Below are positions 51,665-63,430 of a DNA stretch of 64,000 nt, piece by piece. The notes below the pieces were generated by a model. The model made no database searches, was not told where the DNA came from, and saw only the letters and a program-made list of their open reading frames with translations. Each line of letters begins with the position of its first letter. Within the stretch, counting starts at the first letter, position 1. The DNA is from Balanoglossus misakiensis. Its lineage: Eukaryota > Animalia > Hemichordata. The DNA lies in contig CM082579.2 of assembly GCA_040954595.2 (NCBI GenBank), positions 15,786,550 to 15,850,549 of the forward strand. Direction: 5' to 3'. A program made the translations under genes and the position numbers.

Positions 51665-54600
51665 ATGTATAAGAGAAAAGAAGACCTGACCAAAGGTAAA
51701 TGTGAAATGTACTGTAAATGTAGGAAGATACTTTTTCCCTTGGAAATTTTGCACTCGTCAATTTGGATAATTCACAAAAATTGTTTTCTAGAATTCGTAT
51801 TTTTCAGCACAGTTGCTTTCTCACTTGATGCCTATGGAATATCCAACTCATTGAAAAAAGTGCAACTGTTCAAACAATTTAAGTAACACCTAATGTTTTT
51901 TATCCCTTGAAAGAGAGTCAAGAAGCATTGGGGCGACTAGCCGAACAGTTTCAGATGAAAGAGGCTGAAGTAAAATCAAAGAGACTGAAGCGATCTGTTC
52001 CAAAGCCACCAGAACAACAGGTAGGAATTGCAATCCAAATGATACATACATGAAGAAAGATAAGAACTGCCTTTCTTGAAGTATTTTGGGAAGTTTTTAG
52101 TCCCCCCCCACCACTAACCTTTTTGTATTTTGTCTACACTTTTGTTTTCTTTCCATTCTACACCCAATAGCATGATGAATTGCCCAGTACATGTATTTAA
52201 TTTCTCATCATCTAATTTACAGACAAGGTAAACATTCTAGACACTGGTAATTTCATCATGCTTTAGGGAATAGAATAGAAGTGTAGAGTATACATACACA
52301 GGAAAGTATAGACCAAGGTTATGTACAGTTCAGCCTTTAAGCATTATACGTAATTGCTAGGAGTTATAACACATGTTTTCTTCATATCCATGCAATGTAC
52401 AAGTCTTTTCCTTGTTAGTTATTTCCTGATTTTATGAAAATTTAAGTTTATATTCATGCCATTTTACATACATTTATTAAAATTTTGATGTTTACCCTAT
52501 TTTGTAACATTTTCATTCAGGTGTTAAATGTTACACCACTGATAAAAGACAGTAAAGGAGTTCTAAAGAAAATGGGGGCAGTACTACCATCAGCTGTCGG
52601 CAGAAAAAGTCAGGTGGCCATTACCGTGGACAGTGGCTCAAATGCCATGCACTGGGCCCAGAGTGTATCGGCACACTTCATCGACGTGGATTTTGTACCT
52701 TATGAGATGAATGACATAGGAGTGTTCATAAGGATGAAGGACCCAATGAATTTCCAATTAAAAGACCTGAAGGCAAAATACAAAAGTATGAAGGCGAAGA
52801 CAGACAAGTTGCCAGTCTTCATGTTTGCAGTTGGGCAGAGTGAGTAAATCATGTCTATTTACATTGTCACAAGTTGTGTCAAGTATTTAACTGGATAAAT
52901 TGAAAGGTTGTTTTTTTTCTTTGTGCCCGTTTTGTGTTGGATTATCCAGGTTAAAAAGTCATGGTAGTTTTTTATTATTCACTTGCTTCTTTTTAAACAA
53001 AAACAGACAAAAATAGAAGTGGCAGAACTTGTTTTGTTGGAAGAAAAGCGCCATTTCTGTCATTGTCACATGACTGGGCAGACCCCATTATCCAGTGGGT
53101 ATCATTGGCATGGTGGACTTTATGGTTGGTATATTCATGCTATCATGCAATTATGCAAAGCCTGGCATGAACATAACAAATTCAACAAATGCCATTTTAG
53201 ACATGTATTTGCAAAATTGCAGGATAGTGGTACCTGTCTGGTCATGTGACAATGGCCCAAGTATGGGCACTTTTATTCCAACAATGCTACCTCCAAGTTC
53301 CACCACTTTGATTGTGTAAGTGCACAGGTGCATTATACTTGATTAACTTGATTATCTGACTCAAAGGTTGCACTAAAAAAGTTTCAGCCTTGTCTATCAG
53401 TGACCCCTTAAGGCAAAGTCTCTCTCTGCTTCTTGCTGCTTTTTTACATTAATTATGTTTGATACAAGATATTGTTTGTGTTATTAGGTCCCATTGGTAT
53501 AGGCCTATATACCATGGGACCTTATGGGATGGGTTGTGTCTGTATGGATGTATGTATGTATGTCTGTATGTCCGTCCACATCAAAAACTTGAAAAACCGC
53601 TGCGCGTATCACCTTGATATTTGGTGTGCAGATGCAGGCAGGGCTGTAGATGGGAGTTTGTCCAAACGAAGTTGCCAGGCCCAAAAATATGCAAATTAGC
53701 CAGTAAAATTTGAAATTTATCAAAACTCTGAAAGTCAACAACTACTGCTCAGATTGCTTTAAAAATTGGTATGCATGTACCTTATGTCAACCTCACATCG
53801 ACCTGTAAGTGTTAAGTTAATATCATGGATGTTTTATTTTTTATGAATTTTTTAGTCTTTTTATTAAATTTATACCTTTACTTATACCTCTATGGTTAAG
53901 CTATGTCCACGTCTTATTGTGGAGTTCTGGTCTGTGCAATAGTCCTGTACAGTGACTGTCTATTGGTCAGTGAGCACAATGGGGCCAAAATAAAAGGCAA
54001 ATTTTTGGGCTCACCTGTAACACCTGCTTAACACATTAATTATGTGCATACCTAATTCCAGGCTAACCAATAAGGCTATAGGTTTGGTTTTTATTGAACA
54101 TGGACCAGTATAAGGTCAAAATTTCTTGCCCAAATTTTGCATGACCTCAGGTGACCTTTGACCTACTTTATCATATCTTGGCATCCAGAGCAGGTAGAGA
54201 CTTCGCGTTTGGAGGGTTGGGACTAAAATTGAAAAGCCAAAATTGGGGGTCACCTGTGACACTTGCATATCTCATTAATTATGTGCATACCTAATTCCAG
54301 GCTAGCCAATAGGGCTATAGGTTTGGTTTTTGTTGAACATGGACCAGTATAGGGTCAAAATTTTATGCCCAAATTTTGCATGACCTCAGGTGACCTTTGA
54401 CCTACTTTTCCATATCTTGGCATCCAGAGCAGATGTGCTTATTGCTATGTTGCTATGTTTTTACATGTAGACATACAGCGAATCAACATTCGACCACACA
54501 CAACTTCCATTTCACTTGTATGATGATATGAGAATAAAAACTCGCCCCAAATGAAAAAAATGGTAGAGGAATATTATTCATTTTGGCGATTTTTTTTCAC

Positions 54601-57282
54601 TCATGTCTTCAAGCCAAATGGAAGGTGTGTGTGGTTGAACGTTGATTCACTATATATCCACACATATAATAACATAAACGGTGTCTTGTATCAAACATAA
54701 TTAATGGAAAAGGGGCAGCAAGAGAGAGACATTGTCCCTTTAATGACCTATTTTCCAGAGTAAATCTGTCCTTTTGTTATGTGTAGTCCCAGGTTAGAAC
54801 TATGGTTTGTAGTTTTATTGCCAAAGGTTCAAGGATCCTCCTACGAGAACATCTGGTCTTTGTATAGTCAACATTGAGAAATGATTTTAGTATGGACTAA
54901 AACTCAGTAGTAAATAATTAACAGTTTCTTTATGCATATGTGAGCTATGCTGATGTGCTTATCAATTTTCAGGGCATTTCTGTATTCTGTATTTTTTTTT
55001 GTATTCCACAGCAAAACATTCTTTGAAAGCATCCTTTGTTCAAAAGAAGCTGCAACTGCAAGACAAAGAGTTCGAGCAGCAAGAGGAACCTGAACAAGAA
55101 CAAGAAATGGTCAAGGTATAATGGCATGAATATTTTAACATGTGAAATTTAGTCTGCCAGTGATGTCATGGTTTGTAATACAGTGTGGCATACAGTATCT
55201 ACTGGCGATGAATTGAAATCTTGACATTTCAACAAAATTTATGGGGAACAAAAAATATAGTTTAAGCACAAAACAGCAACATTTTACAAAATCATAATTA
55301 CAGCCAGATAGATATTTCATTTTTTTATTTTCTGTTATAGGGTACTGACAATGAAAAGTTAGTGTCCTGTGATCCTGTGTCCTGTGATCCTGTGTCCTGT
55401 GATCCTGTGTCCTGTGATGGTGTCAATGAAGATGTAGAAGTGATTGCGGTTGAAAATTCTGTTGACATAACAGTGGTGGAGGAGGTGGCAGCTTCATGTG
55501 AGGAATCCATGAAAGAATGTACTGCTGAACAGGCATTGAATTCAGAACAGGTTAGACATGATTAATTAACTACTATAAATGATGGAGCAGGTTCTCCGAA
55601 TAAATATTCGAATGATCAGGCACTTCTAGTCAATACCAATTGTATTTATTGGCAAAATGTCTATTCTGCTACAGTAAAACCTGTCGAAACTGAACACCAA
55701 AGTGACTGAAGAAATTATTCCATTTGCAAAGGTGTCTGGTTTATAGGGGTTCTTTTAACATGTGGTTCCATGTCAAAGGGACAGGAACATGTGTTCAATA
55801 TAGATAGGTTTCAAGATTAGACAGGTTTTACTGCTGCATGAGGAAATATGGGGACAGTCAGAGCAGATATGATGGAAAATAACTCTGACTGGTATTTGCA
55901 AAGGTGTTGAAAGATTATGGAATGACTCTTAAACAAATGGGGCTTTCACATGTGATGTTTAGGCCGCCCCTGGGGGATATTGATTAGTCTAAGGTATTAA
56001 ATGGTATCAATATTAACGTTACAGGAAAGAGAGAAACAAGCTCAAAGGAAATTGCAGAGGAAAGATGTAAGTTTAGTCGAATTTTGATTCTGAGTCATAC
56101 ATTTGACTGGATTGGTTATACTCCTACACCAAAGTGACAGTTTGGGCAATGATGTTAATACTGGATTGAAACGTGTTGATTGTCTTTGTAGTTTTTGATA
56201 AATTCTTCATTTTTACATTTATAGGATAGTTTTTGATAAATTGTTAATTTTTAGGTCCAATGTCTAAAAATTTAGAGCTCAGAGGTGCATTCTACTAAAT
56301 GTTTGTTTTGTACTTTCTCATCCACATACCTATTTCACGTTAGGCAAGGCAATCTCTTCCCTAGGAACCGGTTAGTCAGTGAATTGTCTGCTCAGGTTAT
56401 GACACTCAATGTGTTTATTTCTTTACAGGCAGCACAACCCAGAGCCGAAAATATAAGATTGCCCTTGATTAACGAAAGGAAAAGACAAATCTGCATCATG
56501 GTGAACGATGAGGTCCTGGAAAGGCCATTCAGAGACCTAGATACACTCAAAGTAAGTCAAGATATGGGCCATCAAGTGTAAATTGTGTGTTTCATGTTCA
56601 CTGTTCAAATACAGTCCGTTGCAGCCTTACAATGTAAGGCATTTCTGAGTGTAACTGCAGTCATACCAAAATAAAGAAACCAAGGTTTGGATTAATCATC
56701 ATATTCTAGCATTATAATTGTAAACATAAAAGAATCTATTTGCTTTGCAGGATGTCTTTGATTGGATTTGCGGTACAGTTGATTCAGAAGATCTTCCTTG
56801 CAGATTTTTTCTGCAATGTTTCGATCCTCCCAACTGTGTTGATTTTCAGTGTCAGCATGAATACCATGCCACAGCTGAGGCTGACTTCCTTTTAGTAGAA
56901 TATCTACCAGAAATGATGCTAGTGAAAGAGGTAATTTAATAATTTTAAAATTTTTTGATGATATTTGCATATTTCGGTGTTTGCCAATTTTGAGAGATTG
57001 ATCAACTGTCTTTTTTAGCAGTTTTATACTGAAAATCGAGTTGTCCAAAAATGCACAACATTCTTCAGTCTCGTGAAACAGAATCCAAATGTTCACATAG
57101 TACAGCTATTCTGATTACCAAGTTTTATTTCGCATCACAAAATGTCAGTACATACACATGAATATGATAAACAATGTTTTTTAATGCATGAAATCACTTT
57201 TTTATTTGTTCAACAGATTAGTGGTGACCTGGATGACACCCTAACAAACTATGATGATGTTCTTCTGTGTGGGCTGTTTTGA
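51665..57282 (+). CDS. Multi-exon gene: N-terminal globular domain, acidic/coiled-coil linker, C-terminal UBX-like domain
   Basis: Phase-consistent GT-AG exons: 51665-51695, 51914-52020, 52521-52839, 55012-55115, 55341-55550, 56025-56066, 56429-56551, 56751-56930 and terminal 57217-57282 (TGA), with no internal stop. RQICIMVNDEVLERPFRDLDTLK|DVFDWICG...RFFLQCFDPP resembles UBX (R.F...DTL.DV.DW...F.L...P). Upstream or extra exons are possible. Confidence 0.75.
53486..54432 (+). mobile_element. Helentron-associated (HINE/DINE-1-like) non-autonomous element in an intron
   Basis: Terminal hairpin AGGTCCCATTGGTATAG/CTATATACCATGGGACCT, then a (TGTA/TGTC)n microsatellite, then two ~239-bp tandem core repeats (~53990-54432). 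This is the characteristic HINE layout. Confidence 0.65.
54474..54654. mobile_element. Palindromic MITE-like element (~180 bp)
   Basis: TACAGCGAATCAACATTCGACCACACAC... pairs with ...GTGTGTGGTTGAACGTTGATTCACTATA, and imperfect pairing continues inward. Confidence 0.7.
55672..55833. mobile_element. Tc1/mariner (pogo/Tigger-like) MITE; duplicate at 58212-58373
   Basis: 14-bp TIR CAGTAAAACCTGTC...GACAGGTTTTACTG, with TA on the left side only. Confidence 0.7.
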
Positions 57283-57310
57283 ACTGTACTTGTGAACATT
57301 TTTTTTTACT

Positions 57311-57510
57311 AGGGGACCATTCAGTTTTTACGGCGGGAGGTAGGTAGGGGGAGTCGGCAAAATCAAGGGGGTGTCACTTAAATTTGGAAATTCAAAAGGG
57401 GGGTCATCATTTTTTGGTCCCGTGTAAAGGGAATGGGGGGGGGGGGTCTGCCTGTTTTTGAAAACAGATGACACAAACTTGCCCCAAGCCATGAAAACTG
57501 AACGGCCTCT
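57311..57510. mobile_element. G-rich MITE, probably PIF/Harbinger-like; duplicate at 59851-60049
   Basis: Imperfect TIR AGGGGACCATTCAGTTTT...AAAACTGAACGGCCTCT, with internal G-runs. Confidence 0.55.
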
Positions 57511-57551
57511 AAAGTATTAGCTGTTGTATTGTTCTCTTTAGTTGTGTACAG

Positions 57552-59822
57552 CAAAACATTCTTTGAAAGCATCCTTTGTTCAAAAGAAGCTGCAACTGCA
57601 AGACAAAGAGTTCGAGCAGCAAGAGGAACCTGAACAAGAACAAGAAATGGTCAAGGTATAATGGCATGAATATTTTAACATGTGAAATTTAGTCTGCCAG
57701 TGATGTCATGGTTTGTAATACAGTGTGGCATACAGTATCTACTGGCGATGAATTGAAATCTTGACATTTCAACAAAATTTATGGGGAACAAAAAATATAG
57801 TTTAAGCACAAAACAGCAACATTTTACAAAATCATAATTACAGCCAGATAGATATTTCATTTTTTTATTTTCTGTTATAGGGTACTGACAATGAAAAGTT
57901 AGTGTCCTGTGATCCTGTGTCCTGTGATCCTGTGTCCTGTGATCCTGTGTCCTGTGATGGTGTCAATGAAGATGTAGAAGTGATTGCGGTTGAAAATTCT
58001 GTTGACATAACAGTGGTGGAGGAGGTGGCAGCTTCATGTGAGGAATCCATGAAAGAATGTACTGCTGAACAGGCATTGAATTCAGAACAGGTTAGACATG
58101 ATTAATTAACTACTATAAATGATGGAGCAGGTTCTCCGAATAAATATTCGAATGATCAGGCACTTCTAGTCAATACCAATTGTATTTATTGGCAAAATGT
58201 CTATTCTGCTACAGTAAAACCTGTCGAAACTGAACACCAAAGTGACTGAAGAAATTATTCCATTTGCAAAGGTGTCTGGTTTATAGGGGTTCTTTTAACA
58301 TGTGGTTCCATGTCAAAGGGACAGGAACATGTGTTCAATATAGATAGGTTTCAAGATTAGACAGGTTTTACTGCTGCATGAGGAAATATGGGGACAGTCA
58401 GAGCAGATATGATGGAAAATAACTCTGACTGGTATTTGCAAAGGTGTTGAAAGATTATGGAATGACTCTTAAACAAATGGGGCTTTCACATGTGATGTTT
58501 AGGCCGCCCCTGGGGGATATTGATTAGTCTAAGGTATTAAATGGTATCAATATTAACGTTACAGGAAAGAGAGAAACAAGCTCAAAGGAAATTGCAGAGG
58601 AAAGATGTAAGTTTAGTCGAATTTTGATTCTGAGTCATACATTTGACTGGATTGGTTATACTCCTACACCAAAGTGACAGTTTGGGCAATGATGTTAATA
58701 CTGGATTGAAACGTGTTGATTGTCTTTGTAGTTTTTGATAAATTCTTCATTTTTACATTTATAGGATAGTTTTTGATAAATTGTTAATTTTTAGGTCCAA
58801 TGTCTAAAAATTTAGAGCTCAGAGGTGCATTCTACTAAATGTTTGTTTTGTACTTTCTCATCCACATACCTATTTCACGTTAGGCAAGGCAATCTCTTCC
58901 CTAGGAACCGGTTAGTCAGTGAATTGTCTGCTCAGGTTATGACACTCAATGTGTTTATTTCTTTACAGGCAGCACAACCCAGAGCCGAAAATATAAGATT
59001 GCCCTTGATTAACGAAAGGAAAAGACAAATCTGCATCATGGTGAACGATGAGGTCCTGGAAAGGCCATTCAGAGACCTAGATACACTCAAAGTAAGTCAA
59101 GATATGGGCCATCAAGTGTAAATTGTGTGTTTCATGTTCACTGTTCAAATACAGTCCGTTGCAGCCTTACAATGTAAGGCATTTCTGAGTGTAACTGCAG
59201 TCATACCAAAATAAAGAAACCAAGGTTTGGATTAATCATCATATTCTAGCATTATAATTGTAAACATAAAAGAATCTATTTGCTTTGCAGGATGTCTTTG
59301 ATTGGATTTGCGGTACAGTTGATTCAGAAGATCTTCCTTGCAGATTTTTTCTGCAATGTTTCGATCCTCCCAACTGTGTTGATTTTCAGTGTCAGCATGA
59401 ATACCATGCCACAGCTGAGGCTGACTTCCTTTTAGTAGAATATCTACCAGAAATGATGCTAGTGAAAGAGGTAATTTAATAATTTTAAAATTTTTTGATG
59501 ATATTTGCATATTTCGGTGTTTGCCAATTTTGAGAGATTGATCAACTGTCTTTTTTAGCAGTTTTATACTGAAAATCGAGTTGTCCAAAAATGCACAACA
59601 TTCTTCAGTCTCGTGAAACAGAATCCAAATGTTCACATAGTACAGCTATTCTGATTACCAAGTTTTATTTCGCATCACAAAATGTCAGTACATACACATG
59701 AATATGATAAACAATGTTTTTTAATGCATGAAATCACTTTTTTATTTGTTCAACAGATTAGTGGTGACCTGGATGACACCCTAACAAACTATGATGATGT
59801 TCTTCTGTGTGGGCTGTTTTGA
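57552..59822 (+). pseudogene. Duplicated 3' exons (six) of the UBX-like gene
   Basis: Copies of exons 55012-57282 shifted by 2540 bp, lying downstream of the first copy's stop codon. Confidence 0.75.
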
Positions 59823-60375
59823 ACTGTACTTGTGAACATTTTTTTTTACTAGGGGACCATTCAGTTTTTACGGCGGGAGGTAGGTAGGGGGAGTCGGCAA
59901 AATCAAGGGGGTGTCACTTAAATTTGGAAATTCAAAAGGGGGGTCATCATTTTTTGGTCCCGTGTAAAGGGAATGGGGGGGGGGGTCTGCCTGTTTTTGA
60001 AAACAGATGACACAAACTTGCCCCAAGCCATGAAAACTGAACGGCCTCTAAAGTATTAGCTGTTGTATTGTTCTCTTTAGTTGTGTAGTTTAGAAAAGTT
60101 CTTCAAGGCAAGGTGTCAAGTGCAAGTAGAGTTCTTTTGCTGCAAATGCTGTAGTGGGTTCATGATTCCATCCATTCATTTGGCATATGTTCCGTGCCAC
60201 AACTGCGAAATCTTCATTGCAACCATTATTAAAGTTACACTGTGACTTGCATAGCAAGAAAGTTTGAGAGCCAGCGTTGACTGAATGTATGTAGTTCCGA
60301 CAATTAGGGCGGTCTGAAATAACAAAATATGTTTGTTCAAATAAGAATTTATGTATGGGTTAAATACTATGAGGG

Positions 60376-60496
60376 TATTACGAAAATACTGCAAAGTATG
60401 CTCAAGGACATTAGCGCCACGTATCGCCTGATGCGTAGCGGAGGGCGATGCACTATGCTAATGTCCAAATATATACTTTGTGGTATTTTCATAATA
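60376..60496. repeat. Long imperfect hairpin / palindromic MITE-like element
   Basis: Nested arms TATTACGAAAATACTGCAAAGTAT/ATACTTTGTGGTATTTTCATAATA, GGACATTAGC/GCTAATGTCC and ATCGCC/GGCGAT around a GCGTAGC tip. Confidence 0.7.
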
Positions 60497-60974
60497 AAAT
60501 TATTATTGTACATCTTACATCTCAGTTAGTTCTTGTGTTGCATATTATTTGGCTTTCAAAACGCTGGTACGATCAACCATAACCGATCAGCTGAAACACA
60601 GTACACAGTGAGCAGCCATCTTTCTTTTTTGTTTATATTGGAGTATCTATTGTTCTTGGTGCCAGATGTATATTAAGTTATTTTATTTTATTTACCTTAA
60701 GCAATGAAGTGATTGAAATGTTATTTTTCTATCATTCTCTGCAGATGTTATGTAATCTTGAGATTTTTGTTGAGGAAACTTTCCAATGTTCATGATTTAT
60801 GCTTTAAACACTGCATGTCATTTACTTCATGGATAAGCCTTATGTTGACCTAATGAGTGAAATACCCACATGACTTGTGATCTACATTCAGTCACAGGGT
60901 CCAGATTAGGTAGCATTTCTGCAATTTTAATGAATCTTTGTTGGTTTCTTTATTTTGTTGCAATAAAAAAGTAC

Positions 60975-61894
60975 CTAGTAACTCAGGACAGGTATAGAGA
61001 ATTTCTGGAATGCCTGATACAGAATCTCCTTTATTTTGTCGCCTTATTCTGTGGTGGTTCCACCTCTCAACTACCTCATCCAGTTCCCTTTGCATGACAG
61101 AAAAATAACAAAACTGCATACTCATTCTGAAAGAAAAAATGCAAATTGATTTCAAGATGCTTGGGAATAATATGTGCATTTTATCATACTTAACAAATAG
61201 CATAATGTTACAAGTTTATGGAAATTCATCCAGTTAAAAATATGATTTCCAGCAGATCTACGGATTTCAAACGAACTGCAATATTTGATCTCCTGTCTAT
61301 GTCTCTACCATCCTGTCTGTGTCTGTTTCTTCTCTGCTCTGTGCAAACATTGACAGATTGAATAATGGAATTTCTTTCATTACTTGAAACAAAACATAAA
61401 GTGTATCAACTCACATGTTGACCGGGTCACCTAACTGCAAATGACCCATTGATACCAAATCCTAGGGGATAAAAAATTGATAGTGGTGAATTTCCTGTAA
61501 TGCTACAGTAAAATGTGTCAGTGAATGTGGTCTTGTACTTGTGTATAAACTGCCTGCAAGGCCATGGCCAAGAAAAAAAATGTTTGGAAAGCCTAGTCCT
61601 CATGTATAAAAACTCTGCAGGACAATTCAACATCATGATATGAACTGACTTGAGCTATACTGGTTATTTTTCTCATTCCTACACACAACTGCATCCACTA
61701 ATGACATTGCATCTTGGGCTGTGGCACATTCTATGAGAATACAAATTTTGTCACTTATACAACCATCTTTGTGTTTGAGTTGATTTTGTTTTGCAGAACA
61801 CATTTGTACAAGCCAAATGATACTTTACCTTAAAATGGTCAATCCACCAATCTGCACTTTTACTTCTTAACACACCCCACCATCGTTCAATACG
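60975..61894 (-). CDS. Spliced DDE integrase-core transposase, IS3EU-like (C-terminal catalytic exons; 5' exons not in window)
   Basis: Phase-consistent GT-AG exons 61894-61829 (RIERWWGVLRSKSADWWIDHFK), 61461-61415 (DLVSMGHLQLGDPVNI) and 61126-60975 (MSMQFCYFSVMQRELDEVVERWNHHRIRRQ...GIPEILYTCPELL). The RIERxW (catalytic E) and WNxHxIR motifs match eukaryotic IS3-like integrase cores. The 3' end is unresolved. Confidence 0.8.
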
Positions 61895-62575
61895 CTGTAA
61901 GAAGAGATCACAATGAAAACAATGGTCTGACACAATTACTGTCACCACTCTGAACAAACAAATGTGAAACACGATACCAAAAGTGTCTTTTTTGGATTAT
62001 ATTGTGAAACAAAAAACTGCACCAAATTTGAACAAAATTTGCTCAGGCATGCAGCAGCAATGGAATCGGTGACTGAAGTAGGGAAGATGGGGAGTCTATG
62101 AGGTTTGAGGATAGTCTCCTCAAGCATATAGTCATCTTAACAAGGTAGTGGAAAAATGGGTAGTATTAACAGTCTTTTTATCTCATGACACGGTACAGCG
62201 TAGGTATTCCTAAGAAAAATTGTGATGTCATTTGTCATATGTGGATAGAGGGCGCTGCGCATGGTCGACAAGTTCAGCAACATCGTCTCTTGGTACGAGC
62301 CAAAAATCACTCCTTAGTTGGAACTTTTTTTCATCACCGGTCAATGTGTCGATTTTTGAAGGCGTGGACTATTAGCTGGCAACGGATTTTTGCGGAAGAT
62401 TGCTGTAACTTTTTGTCAAAAGTGAGTTTTCATTTTTATCTATCAAGTCGAAGCCAGCACACAGAATCCTGCCATTAGTTCCAGTCGATCTCATTATGCA
62501 TGCAAAATAGTACTGGAATTCTGCTCCTTTGTTTAAAACCCACGTTGTGTAATCGAACACCTGTGCTCATTCACG

Positions 62576-63388
62576 ATGCCGAGAAGAAAAGACCAAACAC
62601 CATATGGATCATCAGACTCTTGCCAATCAACACCTCCAGCTGGCACACCACAATCAATAGAAAACCGGCTTGCTGAAATCTGTTCACATGTAAATCACAT
62701 ACCGGCACTATTGATCAGTATTGCTGAGCTCAAAGAAAGCCAAAGCACAATAAATTCGTCACTTTAGTTCTTCAACGGACTTGTAGAGGAAGTACGTGGA
62801 CGAGTTTCTACTTTGGAGCTTGAAAATAAAGAAGTCAAAGAAACGAATGCACAGCTTTTCACTCGCATCACAGAGCTCGAGAAATCTATGGAAAGTATGA
62901 ATCAGTACAATAGACGTGAAAACATTGAACTTCATGGAATTCCTGAAAGTGCAGATGATGGAGAAAATACAGATGCAATCGTAACAAGAGTGCTAAAAAA
63001 GATCGATCCAGGTATCAGTGACCACGACATTGTGATTACCCACAGATTAGGTCAAAAGCATACAGGTGACAATGCTGCACCTACTTTCCCAAGACCAATC
63101 ATTGTGCGATTCTTAAGCAGGAAGAAACGCGACTATATCCACCGGAACAAAAAGAAGCTAGCGACCATTACAACTGGAGATATTGGATATGCCAATCGGA
63201 ACAAAATCTACGTAAATGAAAATCTAACTCCAAAAGCACGCAAACTTTTTAAGATGACGAACGTGAAGCGCAAATCAGCACGCTATAAGTATGCGTGGAC
63301 GCGGAACGGTGAAGTTCTTGTGAAGAAAAGTGAGCAGTCACCTGTACTAGTGATAAGGAATGAGCTGGACCTTGCCAAGATTGTATAA
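62576..63388 (+). pseudogene. LINE ORF1 (coiled coil + RRM-like + C-terminal domain) with one premature stop
   Basis: ORFs 62576 and 62813 are in the same frame, split by TAG at 62765. Motifs QYNRRENIELHGIPE, HRLG, PRPIIVRF, IYVNENLT and YKYAWTRNGEVLVKK. Confidence 0.88.
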
Positions 63389-63430
63389 ACCATCTTGTAG
63401 ACATTTTCTTGGTTTCCCATATATTGCTTC

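Larger units (their letters stand above)
55008..60086. repeat. Near-perfect 2540-bp tandem duplication (55008-57547, 57548-60086)
   Basis: Identical ORF-track translations at +2540. The only difference I saw is a G12 vs G11 run (57435, 59975). Confidence 0.97.

Noticed and set aside
52521-52839. Calling the UBX-like gene FAF1/FAF2 from a KTDKLPVFMFAVG resemblance to the UAS domain
   Set aside because: The similarity is short and the rest of the exon does not convincingly fit a thioredoxin-like UAS domain, so no gene symbol was assigned.
52983-53333. Overlapping ORFs at ~53.0-53.3 kb as an additional exon or gene
   Set aside because: No frame gives a recognisable protein, and exons 52839 and 55012 already join in phase without it. 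An alternative exon cannot be excluded.
55325-57096. Minus-strand ORFs (MDSSHEAATSS..., MNIWILFHE...) and their duplicates
   Set aside because: They are antisense shadows of plus-strand exons, which have the consistent splice signals.
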